Below, piece after piece: positions 28,492 to 37,496 of a stretch of 64,000 nt of DNA; position 1 is the first letter of the stretch, and every line of letters starts with the position of its first letter. Under the pieces are notes generated by a model. That model was not told where the DNA came from. It did no database searches and saw only the letters and a program-made list of their open reading frames with translations. The DNA is from Patescibacteria group bacterium (GTDB taxonomy: Bacteria > Patescibacteriota > Microgenomatia > UBA8517): the NCBI GenBank assembly GCA_025999275.1, contig AP024680.1:684522-748521 (forward strand), read 5' to 3'. Position numbers and translations under genes: made by a program.

Positions 28492-29289
28492 TCAAAAAGA
28501 TATTTCAGTGCCAGTCTTGAAATTAGATTTTGTAATAGATTTATAGAGGTTGTCTTTGATTTTTCCGTTCATAATATAAACCTTTGTTCCTCCTTTGGCC
28601 ATCTTTAAACTTTCCACTACTTTATGTAACATTCCACCAGTTACATCCGTGTTCTCTGATCCAAAAATAGATTTTCTGAGAATAGGAAAATTTTTAGGAG
28701 TAATCCTTTTTATAACTTTCCCCTTTTCATCGTAAACACCATCAGTAACCCCGCATTGAATAACCTTCTTTACCCTGTATCCTTTTTCCTTAAATTTGCT
28801 AAATAAATTATCAAGAACCTCTTCTCCAGAATAAATACAACAACCATATTTATCATCCAAAATAACATCCCCAAAAACCACTGGAACAATACCCATCTCA
28901 ACGGCTTTAATAATAGGTTCTACAAAAATAGATTTAAGAGATTTAGCTTGCGCAAAAATAAAAGAAGATGGAACAAAAGAAAGGCAATTAATCCCTTTAT
29001 TCAAAAACACCTTATTAACTATCCTATTTATAGCAATCGCATCCTGCTCAACAAGGCACAAACCCCTAATCCCCCTTTTATCTTTTATTCCATCGGCTGT
29101 TTTATACTTACTGGCCAGGGTATGACCAAAAGAACCACTCCCATGAGACACAACCAAATGGAAACCAAGATCCAAAGACTTTTTAATTTCTAACGCCAAA
29201 CGGTTAATAACCCTAATACGAGGAGTATAAGGCTTGCTTTTATCTGTAATTAAACTACCGCCAAGTTTAATAAAAACTAAATCAAACAT
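28492..29289 (-). CDS. Isopentenyl phosphate kinase (amino-acid-kinase fold)
   Basis: FIKLGGSLITDK, HGSGSFGH, GDVILDDKYG, TDVTGGM match archaeal-type IPK motifs. Start taken at MFDL, since the ORF-track start 29328 would overlap the upstream gene. Confidence 0.75.
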   Translation of the reverse strand: MFDLVFIKLGGSLITDKSKPYTPRIRVINRLALEIKKSLDLGFHLVVSHGSGSFGHTLASKYKTADGIKDKRGIRGLCLVEQDAIAINRIVNKVFLNKGINCLSFVPSSFIFAQAKSLKSIFVEPIIKAVEMGIVPVVFGDVILDDKYGCCIYSGEEVLDNLFSKFKEKGYRVKKVIQCGVTDGVYDEKGKVIKRITPKNFPILRKSIFGSENTDVTGGMLHKVVESLKMAKGGTKVYIMNGKIKDNLYKSITKSNFKTGTEISF

Positions 29290-29299
29290 AAAAGGTTGG

Positions 29300-30370
29300 C
29301 TAGTAAGAACGATTGGTAATAAAATCAACCAAGGTTAAAATGTAAGAACGATATGGTTCAAGGCGAATGAAGTCAAGATGCTGATCAAAATAATCCCTAG
29401 ATTTTTGTTTCCACTTTAAGGCGAGATCTTTTGCATAATCAATTGCACCATATTCTTTCATCATTTTCACAACCCATAGAACCTCATCTTCAGTTTTTTC
29501 CTCCCTACTTTTTCTCAAAATAGAAATAAGTTTCTTTTTATCGCTCAACGAAGCTTTTTTCAAAAGATACCCTAAAATAACTGTAACTTTCCCCTCATAA
29601 ACATCTCCTGCAAATTCCTTTCTACCACCAAAATCACTTGTAACATCAAGAATATCATCTGTTAACTGAAACGCACGCCCTAGATAAACACCAAACTTAG
29701 CCAATTTATCAAGCTGCTGATTATTACCATCGGCAATTATTGCCCCCAGTCTCATTGGGCAGGCAATTGTGTAATAAGAAGTCTTGCCATCAGCCACAAA
29801 ATACCAATCATTATCATCAAATTCCATCCTTTTATCTTTTGACCATCTTATCTCTGTCATCTGTCCTAAAGTCGTACGCATAAGCTGAGTGTAAAATTCA
29901 TTAAGGATCCTAAAAACCTTTTCTTCATCTAAAAATCTACGCGAATCAAAAAGCGCCCTCCACATGGCAACATGAAGCGCATCTCCTGCATTAACTGCCA
30001 AAGGGATGTTGTAAATTTTATGCAAAGAAGGAAACCCTCGCCTTTTAGGAGAATCATCTTCCAAATCATCATGAATTAAAAGCCACTCCTCTGAAATCTG
30101 CATAGCCGAAGCTACAGGAACAACATCTTCAAGTTTAGCTCCCATCGCCTGAGCAGTTAGAGATAAAAGTGTAGGCCTCAGGTACTTTCCTTTTCTTTTA
30201 GGATACTCAGAAATTATCTCCTGGAAAAAATTTTTTTCACTATCATATTTACTCGGAATCTTAAATGATGACGGAAACATAGGAGTTTTTAGATATCTCA
30301 AAACTCTTGGGTAAATAAAGTCACGATAGTAAGAAAGAATCCCCTCAGCAGATTTTAGCTCTTTCGCCAT
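29300..30370 (-). CDS. Trans-isoprenyl diphosphate synthase (polyprenyl synthetase family)
   Basis: First Asp-rich motif LIHDDLEDDSPKRRG and second motif FQLTDDILD. Confidence 0.8.
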   Translation of the reverse strand: MAKELKSAEGILSYYRDFIYPRVLRYLKTPMFPSSFKIPSKYDSEKNFFQEIISEYPKRKGKYLRPTLLSLTAQAMGAKLEDVVPVASAMQISEEWLLIHDDLEDDSPKRRGFPSLHKIYNIPLAVNAGDALHVAMWRALFDSRRFLDEEKVFRILNEFYTQLMRTTLGQMTEIRWSKDKRMEFDDNDWYFVADGKTSYYTIACPMRLGAIIADGNNQQLDKLAKFGVYLGRAFQLTDDILDVTSDFGGRKEFAGDVYEGKVTVILGYLLKKASLSDKKKLISILRKSREEKTEDEVLWVVKMMKEYGAIDYAKDLALKWKQKSRDYFDQHLDFIRLEPYRSYILTLVDFITNRSY

Positions 30371-30471
30371 TTTTAAATTATAAACACAAAAAATATATAA
30401 GGCAAGAAAAACTAAATATTTAATTTAGTAATTTTAAATTAACTTTAGATATCAAACACTTAAACCAAAAA

Positions 30472-32096
30472 TTTCCCTCTTCTTTAATAAAAGATTGTTT
30501 TAATTAATTTAATATAGGAGGAGTTGGTCCTGGAATAAAACCTCCTGGTGGTAGAGTTGGAGCTACGGGCACATCTGGAGGAAGAGTCGGTCTAGGAGTT
30601 GGTGTTGCTGGAGAAATTTCTTGGGGATTGGTTTCTCTCCAGTTGAACCTTCTTTCTTTAAGACTATTTGGTATTTGAAAAACAAAAGATGGATTAAAAT
30701 TAAACACCTCAGATGGGTTGTTGTTGTCTGTAAGAGATCTTTGTAGTCTCACTCCTGAAAGAGAAACTACAGAACCATTAACATTAAGGGCAAAAGTATC
30801 CTGTCTTGAACCTAAAGTGCCTGTATTAAATGTTCCATTGGTTAGATAAATTCCTGATATTGAAGAAACACTGGGGGAAATACTAATATTACCACTTGTT
30901 ATAAACATTAAGAAATTGTTGCTGTTAACATTAATATTTGAATTTATGTTCAAATTTCCATCTACGAAGATTACATACCTTCCGCTTGAGATATTTATAG
31001 GACCATTGATAGTTAGACTACCTTGATTTAGACTATTCTTTTTGATTAGATACCAAGAATAGTTGTCACTGGTTGATATTGAGGGATTACCAAGATTGCT
31101 AAGAGAAGTTATGGATATATTACCTGATGTTACACCTACATTATTATTTTCCCAATCATTTTTTACTCCTGATGGGACACGATTAAAGAAATAATTGTAA
31201 TTAAAATTACTAAAAGATGAAATATCAGTATTAACAAGCCAACCGGTTTCAGAGACTCTTCCAGCACCAAAAGAGAAAGATCCAGAATATACAGGAATAC
31301 CAGGGGTAATAGCTCCTACTCTAAGATTAAAGTAGGTAGTTTGAGTGGGCAAAATAGATGAAATATTACCTCTTGTTATTACATCAGCGTTGTTAACCTG
31401 CCACCAAGAGCGAGGAATTATAGTTACATTCCCAGTTGCTTGACAGGTAAAACTAGGATTGGATGAAACAGTAGCAATTGCATTATATGTATAAGTACCT
31501 GTACCAGTTGTTGCTGTAACAGTAGTTGTAAAAGGAGACGTGGAAGTTGTTGAGGGATTAAAGCTTAAAGCAGAAGAGTTGGAAGGAGTAAAAGATATTC
31601 TTGATATGTTCCCCACCAAATTAATTACTTGAGGAGGTGTCAAAATAGATGGCGTAATTGTTCTAGAATCACCTAATCCATTAAGGGTTATGCTACCAAC
31701 TGAAATTTGACAAGGTAAAAAGTAATGCCACCAAAGATCAGTATATCCATTAGCAGGAGAATTAACATTAACAGAAGAACCAACTGTAGGAGGATTACCA
31801 TGACAATTGGTGGCGTTATAACATAAAGTATAACCTACAGCATATCCTGAAGGAACTGAGACACTAACTGTATGATTTCCAACCACATTAGTACCAACAA
31901 AATAGTAAGGATTATTGGTATTAGGAGAACCGCCATCCAAATATACTGTTTGAGAGGAAGCCGGAGATGCAGCTGCATTACCAGGATAAATTACCTTGTA
32001 ACCTTGAATGGTTGATGTTGGAGGAGGAGGTGTAGGGTCTGGTTCTGGTTCTGGTGTGGGTTGGCTTCCGCCTCCCCCACCACCACTATACCTACT
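30472..32096. repeat. Copy 2 of the ~1.6-kb direct repeat
   Basis: See 24716-26318. Offset between copies is 5756 bp. Confidence 0.9.
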
Positions 32097-32393
32097 TTCA
32101 CAACTGGTATCGCATGCAAAAGTATGGGAATAATAACCTGGGCCCCCATTACAAAGCAAATAATGCTCGTAATAATTATAATAGGTTCTCCCATAACAAC
32201 CTTGGCCATTTTGATTGTTATAGCATACTTCTTCGGGTAATCTTGAACCGCAATATAGCATAGGATCTGATGTCCTCCAACAAGTCGCCCAGACATCTTT
32301 AATAGTCAAGAATGAAAAAGTAGCAAACAAAAACAAAATAAGATAAATTCTCAAAAACAAATTTGACAAAATTGTTTTTTCTTTGTATTTCAT
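30504..32393 (-). CDS. Large secreted surface protein, paralog with a different Cys/Tyr-rich N-domain
   Basis: 629 aa. The N-terminal ~110 aa (WATCWRTSDPMLYCGSRLPEEVCYNNQNGQGCYGRTYYNYYEHYLLCNGGPGYYSHTFACDTSCESRYS) is unrelated to copy 1. The rest is identical. Confidence 0.6.
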   Translation of the reverse strand: MKYKEKTILSNLFLRIYLILFLFATFSFLTIKDVWATCWRTSDPMLYCGSRLPEEVCYNNQNGQGCYGRTYYNYYEHYLLCNGGPGYYSHTFACDTSCESRYSGGGGGGSQPTPEPEPDPTPPPPTSTIQGYKVIYPGNAAASPASSQTVYLDGGSPNTNNPYYFVGTNVVGNHTVSVSVPSGYAVGYTLCYNATNCHGNPPTVGSSVNVNSPANGYTDLWWHYFLPCQISVGSITLNGLGDSRTITPSILTPPQVINLVGNISRISFTPSNSSALSFNPSTTSTSPFTTTVTATTGTGTYTYNAIATVSSNPSFTCQATGNVTIIPRSWWQVNNADVITRGNISSILPTQTTYFNLRVGAITPGIPVYSGSFSFGAGRVSETGWLVNTDISSFSNFNYNYFFNRVPSGVKNDWENNNVGVTSGNISITSLSNLGNPSISTSDNYSWYLIKKNSLNQGSLTINGPINISSGRYVIFVDGNLNINSNINVNSNNFLMFITSGNISISPSVSSISGIYLTNGTFNTGTLGSRQDTFALNVNGSVVSLSGVRLQRSLTDNNNPSEVFNFNPSFVFQIPNSLKERRFNWRETNPQEISPATPTPRPTLPPDVPVAPTLPPGGFIPGPTPPILN

Positions 32394-32402
32394 AATTTAT
32401 TA

Positions 32403-32972
32403 CTAAGGCAAACTAAGATAACAATCCCTGTTTATCTCCTCACAATTATTATCACCACAAAGACCAAAAAATAAAATGGGCTCGCCTAACGATCCTTGTA
32501 GATAGAGTTTAATTTTTGTAAATAGTTCAGATTTATTTATACTCGTTAAGTTTTCACTGGAACGAGATTTAAGTTTTATGTCTGAATCTGCACAGGTTAT
32601 TTTACTTTCAAACATTCTACCTTCCCATGAATTGGGCCAAACTACAATTAACCCAAGGGTTTCTTTTTCAGTATTTACTGACTCGACTTTAAAAACTGCA
32701 GAATTTACAGAAGGATTAAAATTAGTAGTCAACTCAGCTGGAAGCGGAAGTGGTTCTGCTGATGGTGTAGGTTCTTGGTTTGATAAAGCTACTTTATTAT
32801 TACTGCTACTACTATCAGGCTTTCTTAAAACTAAATTGGGAAAACCATTTAGACGAACAAAAAACAGTAATTCAACAACAATCACTAAAGCTAAGACAAC
32901 AAGCACACCTACCAAAATACCAGAAGTTTTACTCATCAATATCAGATTAGAAAAGAATTCCTTGTCTGTCAA
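32403..32972 (-). CDS. Small secreted 4-Cys protein (paralog of 24002-24544)
   Basis: 189 aa, TM + linker + C-terminal ...TCADSDIKL...ELFTKIKLYLQGSLGEPILFFGLCGDNNCEEINRDCYL. Confidence 0.5.
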   Translation of the reverse strand: MTDKEFFSNLILMSKTSGILVGVLVVLALVIVVELLFFVRLNGFPNLVLRKPDSSSSNNKVALSNQEPTPSAEPLPLPAELTTNFNPSVNSAVFKVESVNTEKETLGLIVVWPNSWEGRMFESKITCADSDIKLKSRSSENLTSINKSELFTKIKLYLQGSLGEPILFFGLCGDNNCEEINRDCYLSLP

Positions 32973-32981
32973 GAATGAATT

Positions 32982-34046
32982 TCACTTATTCTCAGAAAAA
33001 TTATTAGAAGAATCGGGAGAAAAAATAACACCACCAATTTGGTTTCCAACTCTCTTAAACGAGACGTAATTCAACAATGAGTAAAGATCTTCTCCTGACA
33101 TCCCAACTAAAAATGCCAAACTCTCATAAGAAGAATCAAAAGGGCCTTCAGGTTTAATTTGACTATTCGGATAAACTATAAAAACAAAATTATCGGGATA
33201 AACAGGATATTTTTTATTATCTTTTACACCACAAAAAAATGATAGAATAAAGTTGCCCAATTTCTCACCTTTTGGGTCATAAACGGTAATGGAAATGCCG
33301 CCTGTACGATCAGTTAAATTAGCACTAAACAAAAACTCAGATAAATAATAGCCAGTACCATTTTTATAATCTCTAGTTATATGTTGTTGCAACCATCTAT
33401 CATAAAAACTTATACTTGGAAAAGTTTCTAAAGGAGTTCCATCTACTTTAATGGCATATTCAACCAGCCTAGTAAAAGCCTCAACATAAGCCTCCATTTT
33501 ACCCTCCTCATCCAAAGTTTCCGAAATTAAAAAGGCCGGAAACTCTTTTCTTTGCAAAGCTCCATCCTCTTCTTCATAAACCACCTCTATAATTCCACCC
33601 TCCCAAGGTCTTTTAAATTCATTGCCATCATATACATACCATGCCCATTTTTCTTTGGTGTCATCACGATAGATAATTAGTTCAGGATTTATGGCACTGA
33701 TACTACCCTTCTTGAAGGTTCGTCCATCTTCTGCAGTGTAAGTTTCAGGAGCTAGTCGAAAACGCTCTTCAGGAGTAATTGAATGCCAATCTACAGGAGT
33801 TGGGGTTTCTGTTGGTGTAGGAGTTGGTGTTTCTGTAGGTTTAGCTGTTGGTGTAGGTGTTTCTGTAGGTGTAGGAGTATTGTTAGGTTTAGGTGTTTCA
33901 GTAGAAATAGGATCACCTGTTTCAGCTGTTGAAGAAATTGATTCTAATGATTTATCAAGACCACAGGAAGCAGCACCCAAAGCAAGAAGTCCTAATCCCG
34001 CTTTTTTCAAGAATTCTCTTCTACTAATTTTCCTTTCTGTACTCAC
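32982..34046 (-). CDS. Tat-signal lipoprotein paralog B (unknown C-terminal domain)
   Basis: GTG start. N-terminal 151 aa identical to paralog C. SRREFLK twin-arginine motif, LAASCG lipobox, Thr/Pro linker. Confidence 0.55.
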   Translation of the reverse strand: MSTERKISRREFLKKAGLGLLALGAASCGLDKSLESISSTAETGDPISTETPKPNNTPTPTETPTPTAKPTETPTPTPTETPTPVDWHSITPEERFRLAPETYTAEDGRTFKKGSISAINPELIIYRDDTKEKWAWYVYDGNEFKRPWEGGIIEVVYEEEDGALQRKEFPAFLISETLDEEGKMEAYVEAFTRLVEYAIKVDGTPLETFPSISFYDRWLQQHITRDYKNGTGYYLSEFLFSANLTDRTGGISITVYDPKGEKLGNFILSFFCGVKDNKKYPVYPDNFVFIVYPNSQIKPEGPFDSSYESLAFLVGMSGEDLYSLLNYVSFKRVGNQIGGVIFSPDSSNNFSENK

Positions 34047-34343
34047 AGTAACTGGTATTATAGGCTACTTATTATATTGGGTCAAATAGGTGTAAAATTA
34101 TACAAAATTTAACCAATTATTTTAAATTTGGCATAAAATTGCAAAATTTAAGGAAAGGATTAAATGAAATTATAAGAGAAATAATACTTTACTTTTTAAT
34201 ATTTGGAATACACAAAGTTTTTGACTATGATAAAAGTAAATTCTTGAATCAAAAACAAGTGGTATACAAAATCAATATGATAAATTAAGAAATCTTAAAA
34301 ATCATTTTTAATTTACAAAAACAAGACAATTGTCAATAAATTA

Positions 34344-35396
34344 CTAAGGTTTTGGTTGAGAATCTGAAGTAAAAGACTGCAACTCCAATGCACTTAAACC
34401 TATATAATCAATTAAAGACTCAAGGTCTTTTCCTGAAACACCAACTAAGAAAGCTACGTCTAAATCAGAAGGAAGAAATTCTCCTTCTCCCCCTCTCAAC
34501 CAGTAACTACCATTGGGATAATAAATACGTACAAACTTATAAGGGTACACAGGGTTTAGATTGTTTTCTGACACACCGTGAGACATAAGAAGAATAAATT
34601 TCCCCACCTTCTCTCCATGAAAAGAAACAGTAAATGAAGATCCAATTATCAAATCTAATGGTGGATGATTAACAAAGTTTTCAGGACCCAATCTACCATC
34701 TTTAACAAAAGAATCTAAGTTGGATTTTTTCGTAAGAAAATTATTATTAAAATCAAGAGAATCTTTGAAAAAAAGTGGGGTATGACTTTTATTAACCCCA
34801 TATTCGATAAGTTTTATTAGAGCCTCAATTGTCGCTTGTTTTTTCTCATCATCACTAGCATCATCTTGTAGATAAACCATAAAAGCAGGACCTTCTAGTC
34901 TTTCCAAAGTTCCATCACCTCTACGAAAAACCATTTCTAAAACCCCACCCTCCCAAGGTCTTTTAAATTCATTGCCATCATATACATACCATGCCCATTT
35001 TTCTTTGGTGTCATCACGATAGATAATTAGTTCAGGATTTATGGCACTGATACTACCCTTCTTGAAGGTTCGTCCATCTTCTGCAGTGTAAGTTTCAGGA
35101 GCTAGTCGAAAACGCTCTTCAGGAGTAATTGAATGCCAATCTACAGGAGTTGGGGTTTCTGTTGGTGTAGGAGTTGGTGTTTCTGTAGGTTTAGCTGTTG
35201 GTGTAGGTGTTTCTGTAGGTGTAGGAGTATTGTTAGGTTTAGGTGTTTCAGTAGAAATAGGATCACCTGTTTCAGCTGTTGAAGAAATTGATTCTAATGA
35301 TTTATCAAGACCACAGGAAGCAGCACCCAAAGCAAGAAGTCCTAATCCCGCTTTTTTCAAGAATTCTCTTCTACTAATTTTCCTTTCTGTACTCAC
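34344..35396 (-). CDS. Tat-signal lipoprotein paralog C (C-terminal domain homologous to but diverged from B)
   Basis: First 469 bp including the promoter are identical to B (33595-34062 vs 34945-35412). The C-terminal halves share GEK(L/V)G(N/K)FIL...NPVYP...AFLVG(M/V)SG(E/K)DL(Y/E)SL. Confidence 0.55.
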   Translation of the reverse strand: MSTERKISRREFLKKAGLGLLALGAASCGLDKSLESISSTAETGDPISTETPKPNNTPTPTETPTPTAKPTETPTPTPTETPTPVDWHSITPEERFRLAPETYTAEDGRTFKKGSISAINPELIIYRDDTKEKWAWYVYDGNEFKRPWEGGVLEMVFRRGDGTLERLEGPAFMVYLQDDASDDEKKQATIEALIKLIEYGVNKSHTPLFFKDSLDFNNNFLTKKSNLDSFVKDGRLGPENFVNHPPLDLIIGSSFTVSFHGEKVGKFILLMSHGVSENNLNPVYPYKFVRIYYPNGSYWLRGGEGEFLPSDLDVAFLVGVSGKDLESLIDYIGLSALELQSFTSDSQPKP

Positions 35397-35509
35397 AGTA
35401 ACTGGTATTATAAGATATTTATTATACTAGGTCAAGTAAAAATAAGACAAATAAACCCATACCCGCTTAAAATTACAAATACACAGGGTCAAAAGACAAC
35501 TTGAAAAGA

Positions 35510-35760
35510 CACCTTGAGGGTGTACTAGCTTGGCACCTAACTGATTAACTCAAAAGTCAAAAGGCAAAACTCAAAATTACAATTCAAAATTTAAAAATAT
35601 TTAATTAAATTTAATTAAGGAAAACTTTTGACTTTTAACTTGTAGTTTTGACTTTTGAATTTTAACTTTTGAATTATTTTTATTCATAAATTATAAATCT
35701 TAAACCTATATTCCTTTCCCCTTCCTATCAGCACTGGCTACTGTTTTTAAAGTTTAGATA
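35510..35760. repeat. Partial copy of the MITE-like element family (internal AT-rich hairpin part)
   Basis: caccttgagggtgtactagcttggcacctaactgattaactcaaaagtcaaaaggcaaaactcaaaa...tttgacttttgaattttaac is near-identical to 52225-52400. Confidence 0.45.
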
Positions 35761-35791
35761 TTAGAGGTTAGAATTTAGGATTTTAACTTCC

Positions 35792-36022
35792 CTATTCCTG
35801 ATTACTTTGAATTCCAAGAAGCCAAAGAACCGCTTCTTTTTTGTAGCGGCGGTCACCACGAGAGTTGATACGAATTGCAGGAAGCTTGCCCCTTTTGCCC
35901 CAGCGTTTGATAGTCAAAGGAGAAACCCTAAGAAGATCAGCCACCTCACGAACTGTTAGAAGATCAGGTAAATCCTCAAGCTTTATTTTTTTCTTTTTCC
36001 TTGGCGCTTTATCTTCAGGCAT
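35792..36022 (-). CDS. Excisionase-family (Xis/MerR-like) helix-turn-helix DNA-binding protein
   Basis: LLTVREVADLLRVSPLTIKRWGKRGKLPAIRINSRGDRRYKKEAV fits the excisionase-family HTH pattern. 76 aa. Confidence 0.55.
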   Translation of the reverse strand: MPEDKAPRKKKKIKLEDLPDLLTVREVADLLRVSPLTIKRWGKRGKLPAIRINSRGDRRYKKEAVLWLLGIQSNQE

Positions 36023-36121
36023 TTTTGATATATTTTTAACCCTTAGATTATACTTTTATATAATCTCAAGGCTAAAGCCTAACTTTAGTTAATCAGACAA
36101 TATCAAAGTCAAACATTCCTG

Positions 36122-37021
36122 TCAAGAGCCTTTTTTAAATTTATAGATAGAAACTTTAACTGGAAAAACAAAAACTGCCCTAAAAATGCGACCAAGCCTC
36201 TTTGGCTGAACCAAAAGCCGCCAAAGCCATTCTAAGCCTGCTTTTTCCAAAAAACGAGGAGGATACTTCAGTCTTCCTGAAACATAATCAAAAGTTCCAC
36301 CCACCACCATCATTCCACCCACATCAAGCTTGTCTTTGTTTCTCCAAATCCACTTTTCCTGCTTTGGAGCACCAAACCCAACAAAAACAAGGTGAGGCCT
36401 AATTTTATTAATAGAATTTATTATTTCCTTCTCCTTTAATCTTTCCTTATCATCAAAAGGCTTGCCTTCCCTGTCAAGACGCGGCCCGCTAAAAGCAAAA
36501 ATATTAACCTTTTTATAATTACCTTTCAAAGCGCCAGCTGCTTTTTGAGCGCTTTGCTTATCATCGCCAATTAAAACAACTCTAAATTTCTTCTTATTTG
36601 CCAAGAAAATTAAATCCTCAAAAAGCCGCCGACCCTTTATTACATTCAAACCAGAAAAAAGCTTATCCTTACTAAACAATGTCAAAAAGAAAACTTTAAG
36701 CCATCCAAAAATCAAAGCCAAAAACCTAAGTGGCAAAAAAGAATAATTAGGCAAAGAGAGAAAGAGGTTAGATTGAGCAAGACCAATACCATCAGGAATA
36801 GCAAAATCAGCAGAATTTAAAATCAAAGCCAATTCCCTATCTTTCTGAGCCTCAAGAACTATCTCTGGGTTAGGAGTAACTATATAAAAAGGCTTGAAAA
36901 TAGGCGATTTAGCCTCAAAAAGAGCCAATTTAACCCTAACCTCTCTTAGCACTCTATTCCTTGAAATGCTATCTAAGGCTATATCTAATATTTTGGCCTG
37001 TTTTTGGTCTTTTTCTATCAT
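36122..37021 (-). CDS. WecB/TagA/CpsF-family glycosyltransferase
   Basis: IVTPNPE, FVGFGAPKQEKWI, MMVVGGTFDYVSG, GLEWLWRL motifs. Confidence 0.7.
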   Translation of the reverse strand: MIEKDQKQAKILDIALDSISRNRVLREVRVKLALFEAKSPIFKPFYIVTPNPEIVLEAQKDRELALILNSADFAIPDGIGLAQSNLFLSLPNYSFLPLRFLALIFGWLKVFFLTLFSKDKLFSGLNVIKGRRLFEDLIFLANKKKFRVVLIGDDKQSAQKAAGALKGNYKKVNIFAFSGPRLDREGKPFDDKERLKEKEIINSINKIRPHLVFVGFGAPKQEKWIWRNKDKLDVGGMMVVGGTFDYVSGRLKYPPRFLEKAGLEWLWRLLVQPKRLGRIFRAVFVFPVKVSIYKFKKGS

Positions 37022-37496
37022 AAATTTTCAAATTTTCTTCATTTTTTAGCGGCTCAAACTCACCCAAAAACTTTTTTAGCATTAAAAACAACATTTTAAT
37101 CTCAAACTATAGGTAAATTTTACAATTTTTATAAATTCCCCTAACAATTTTTGCTTAATAGTCTTAAAGATTATCTGCGAAATCACTTTTTGCCACCCTA
37201 GTCAAAATGCTTAAATTACTATAGGTAATATACCTAAATCTTATCTCGTAAAAAAACTAAAATTATGAACAAAAAAATTTCTCAAAATTCAGGCTTCATT
37301 TTTAAACACTTATCCTCAATGTATCCGCAAAAAATTATTAAAATGATATTGACTACTATATCTCTTTATTCCTCATTTCCGTTCCTATACTACAAAGCGT
37401 TTTTTTAACGCAAAAATTACCGCTTTGTCTTATATAGAAACCTAAAAAGTAACCTTTTAAAGAACCTATAAATTTTATTATAAAGATAAATTAGCC

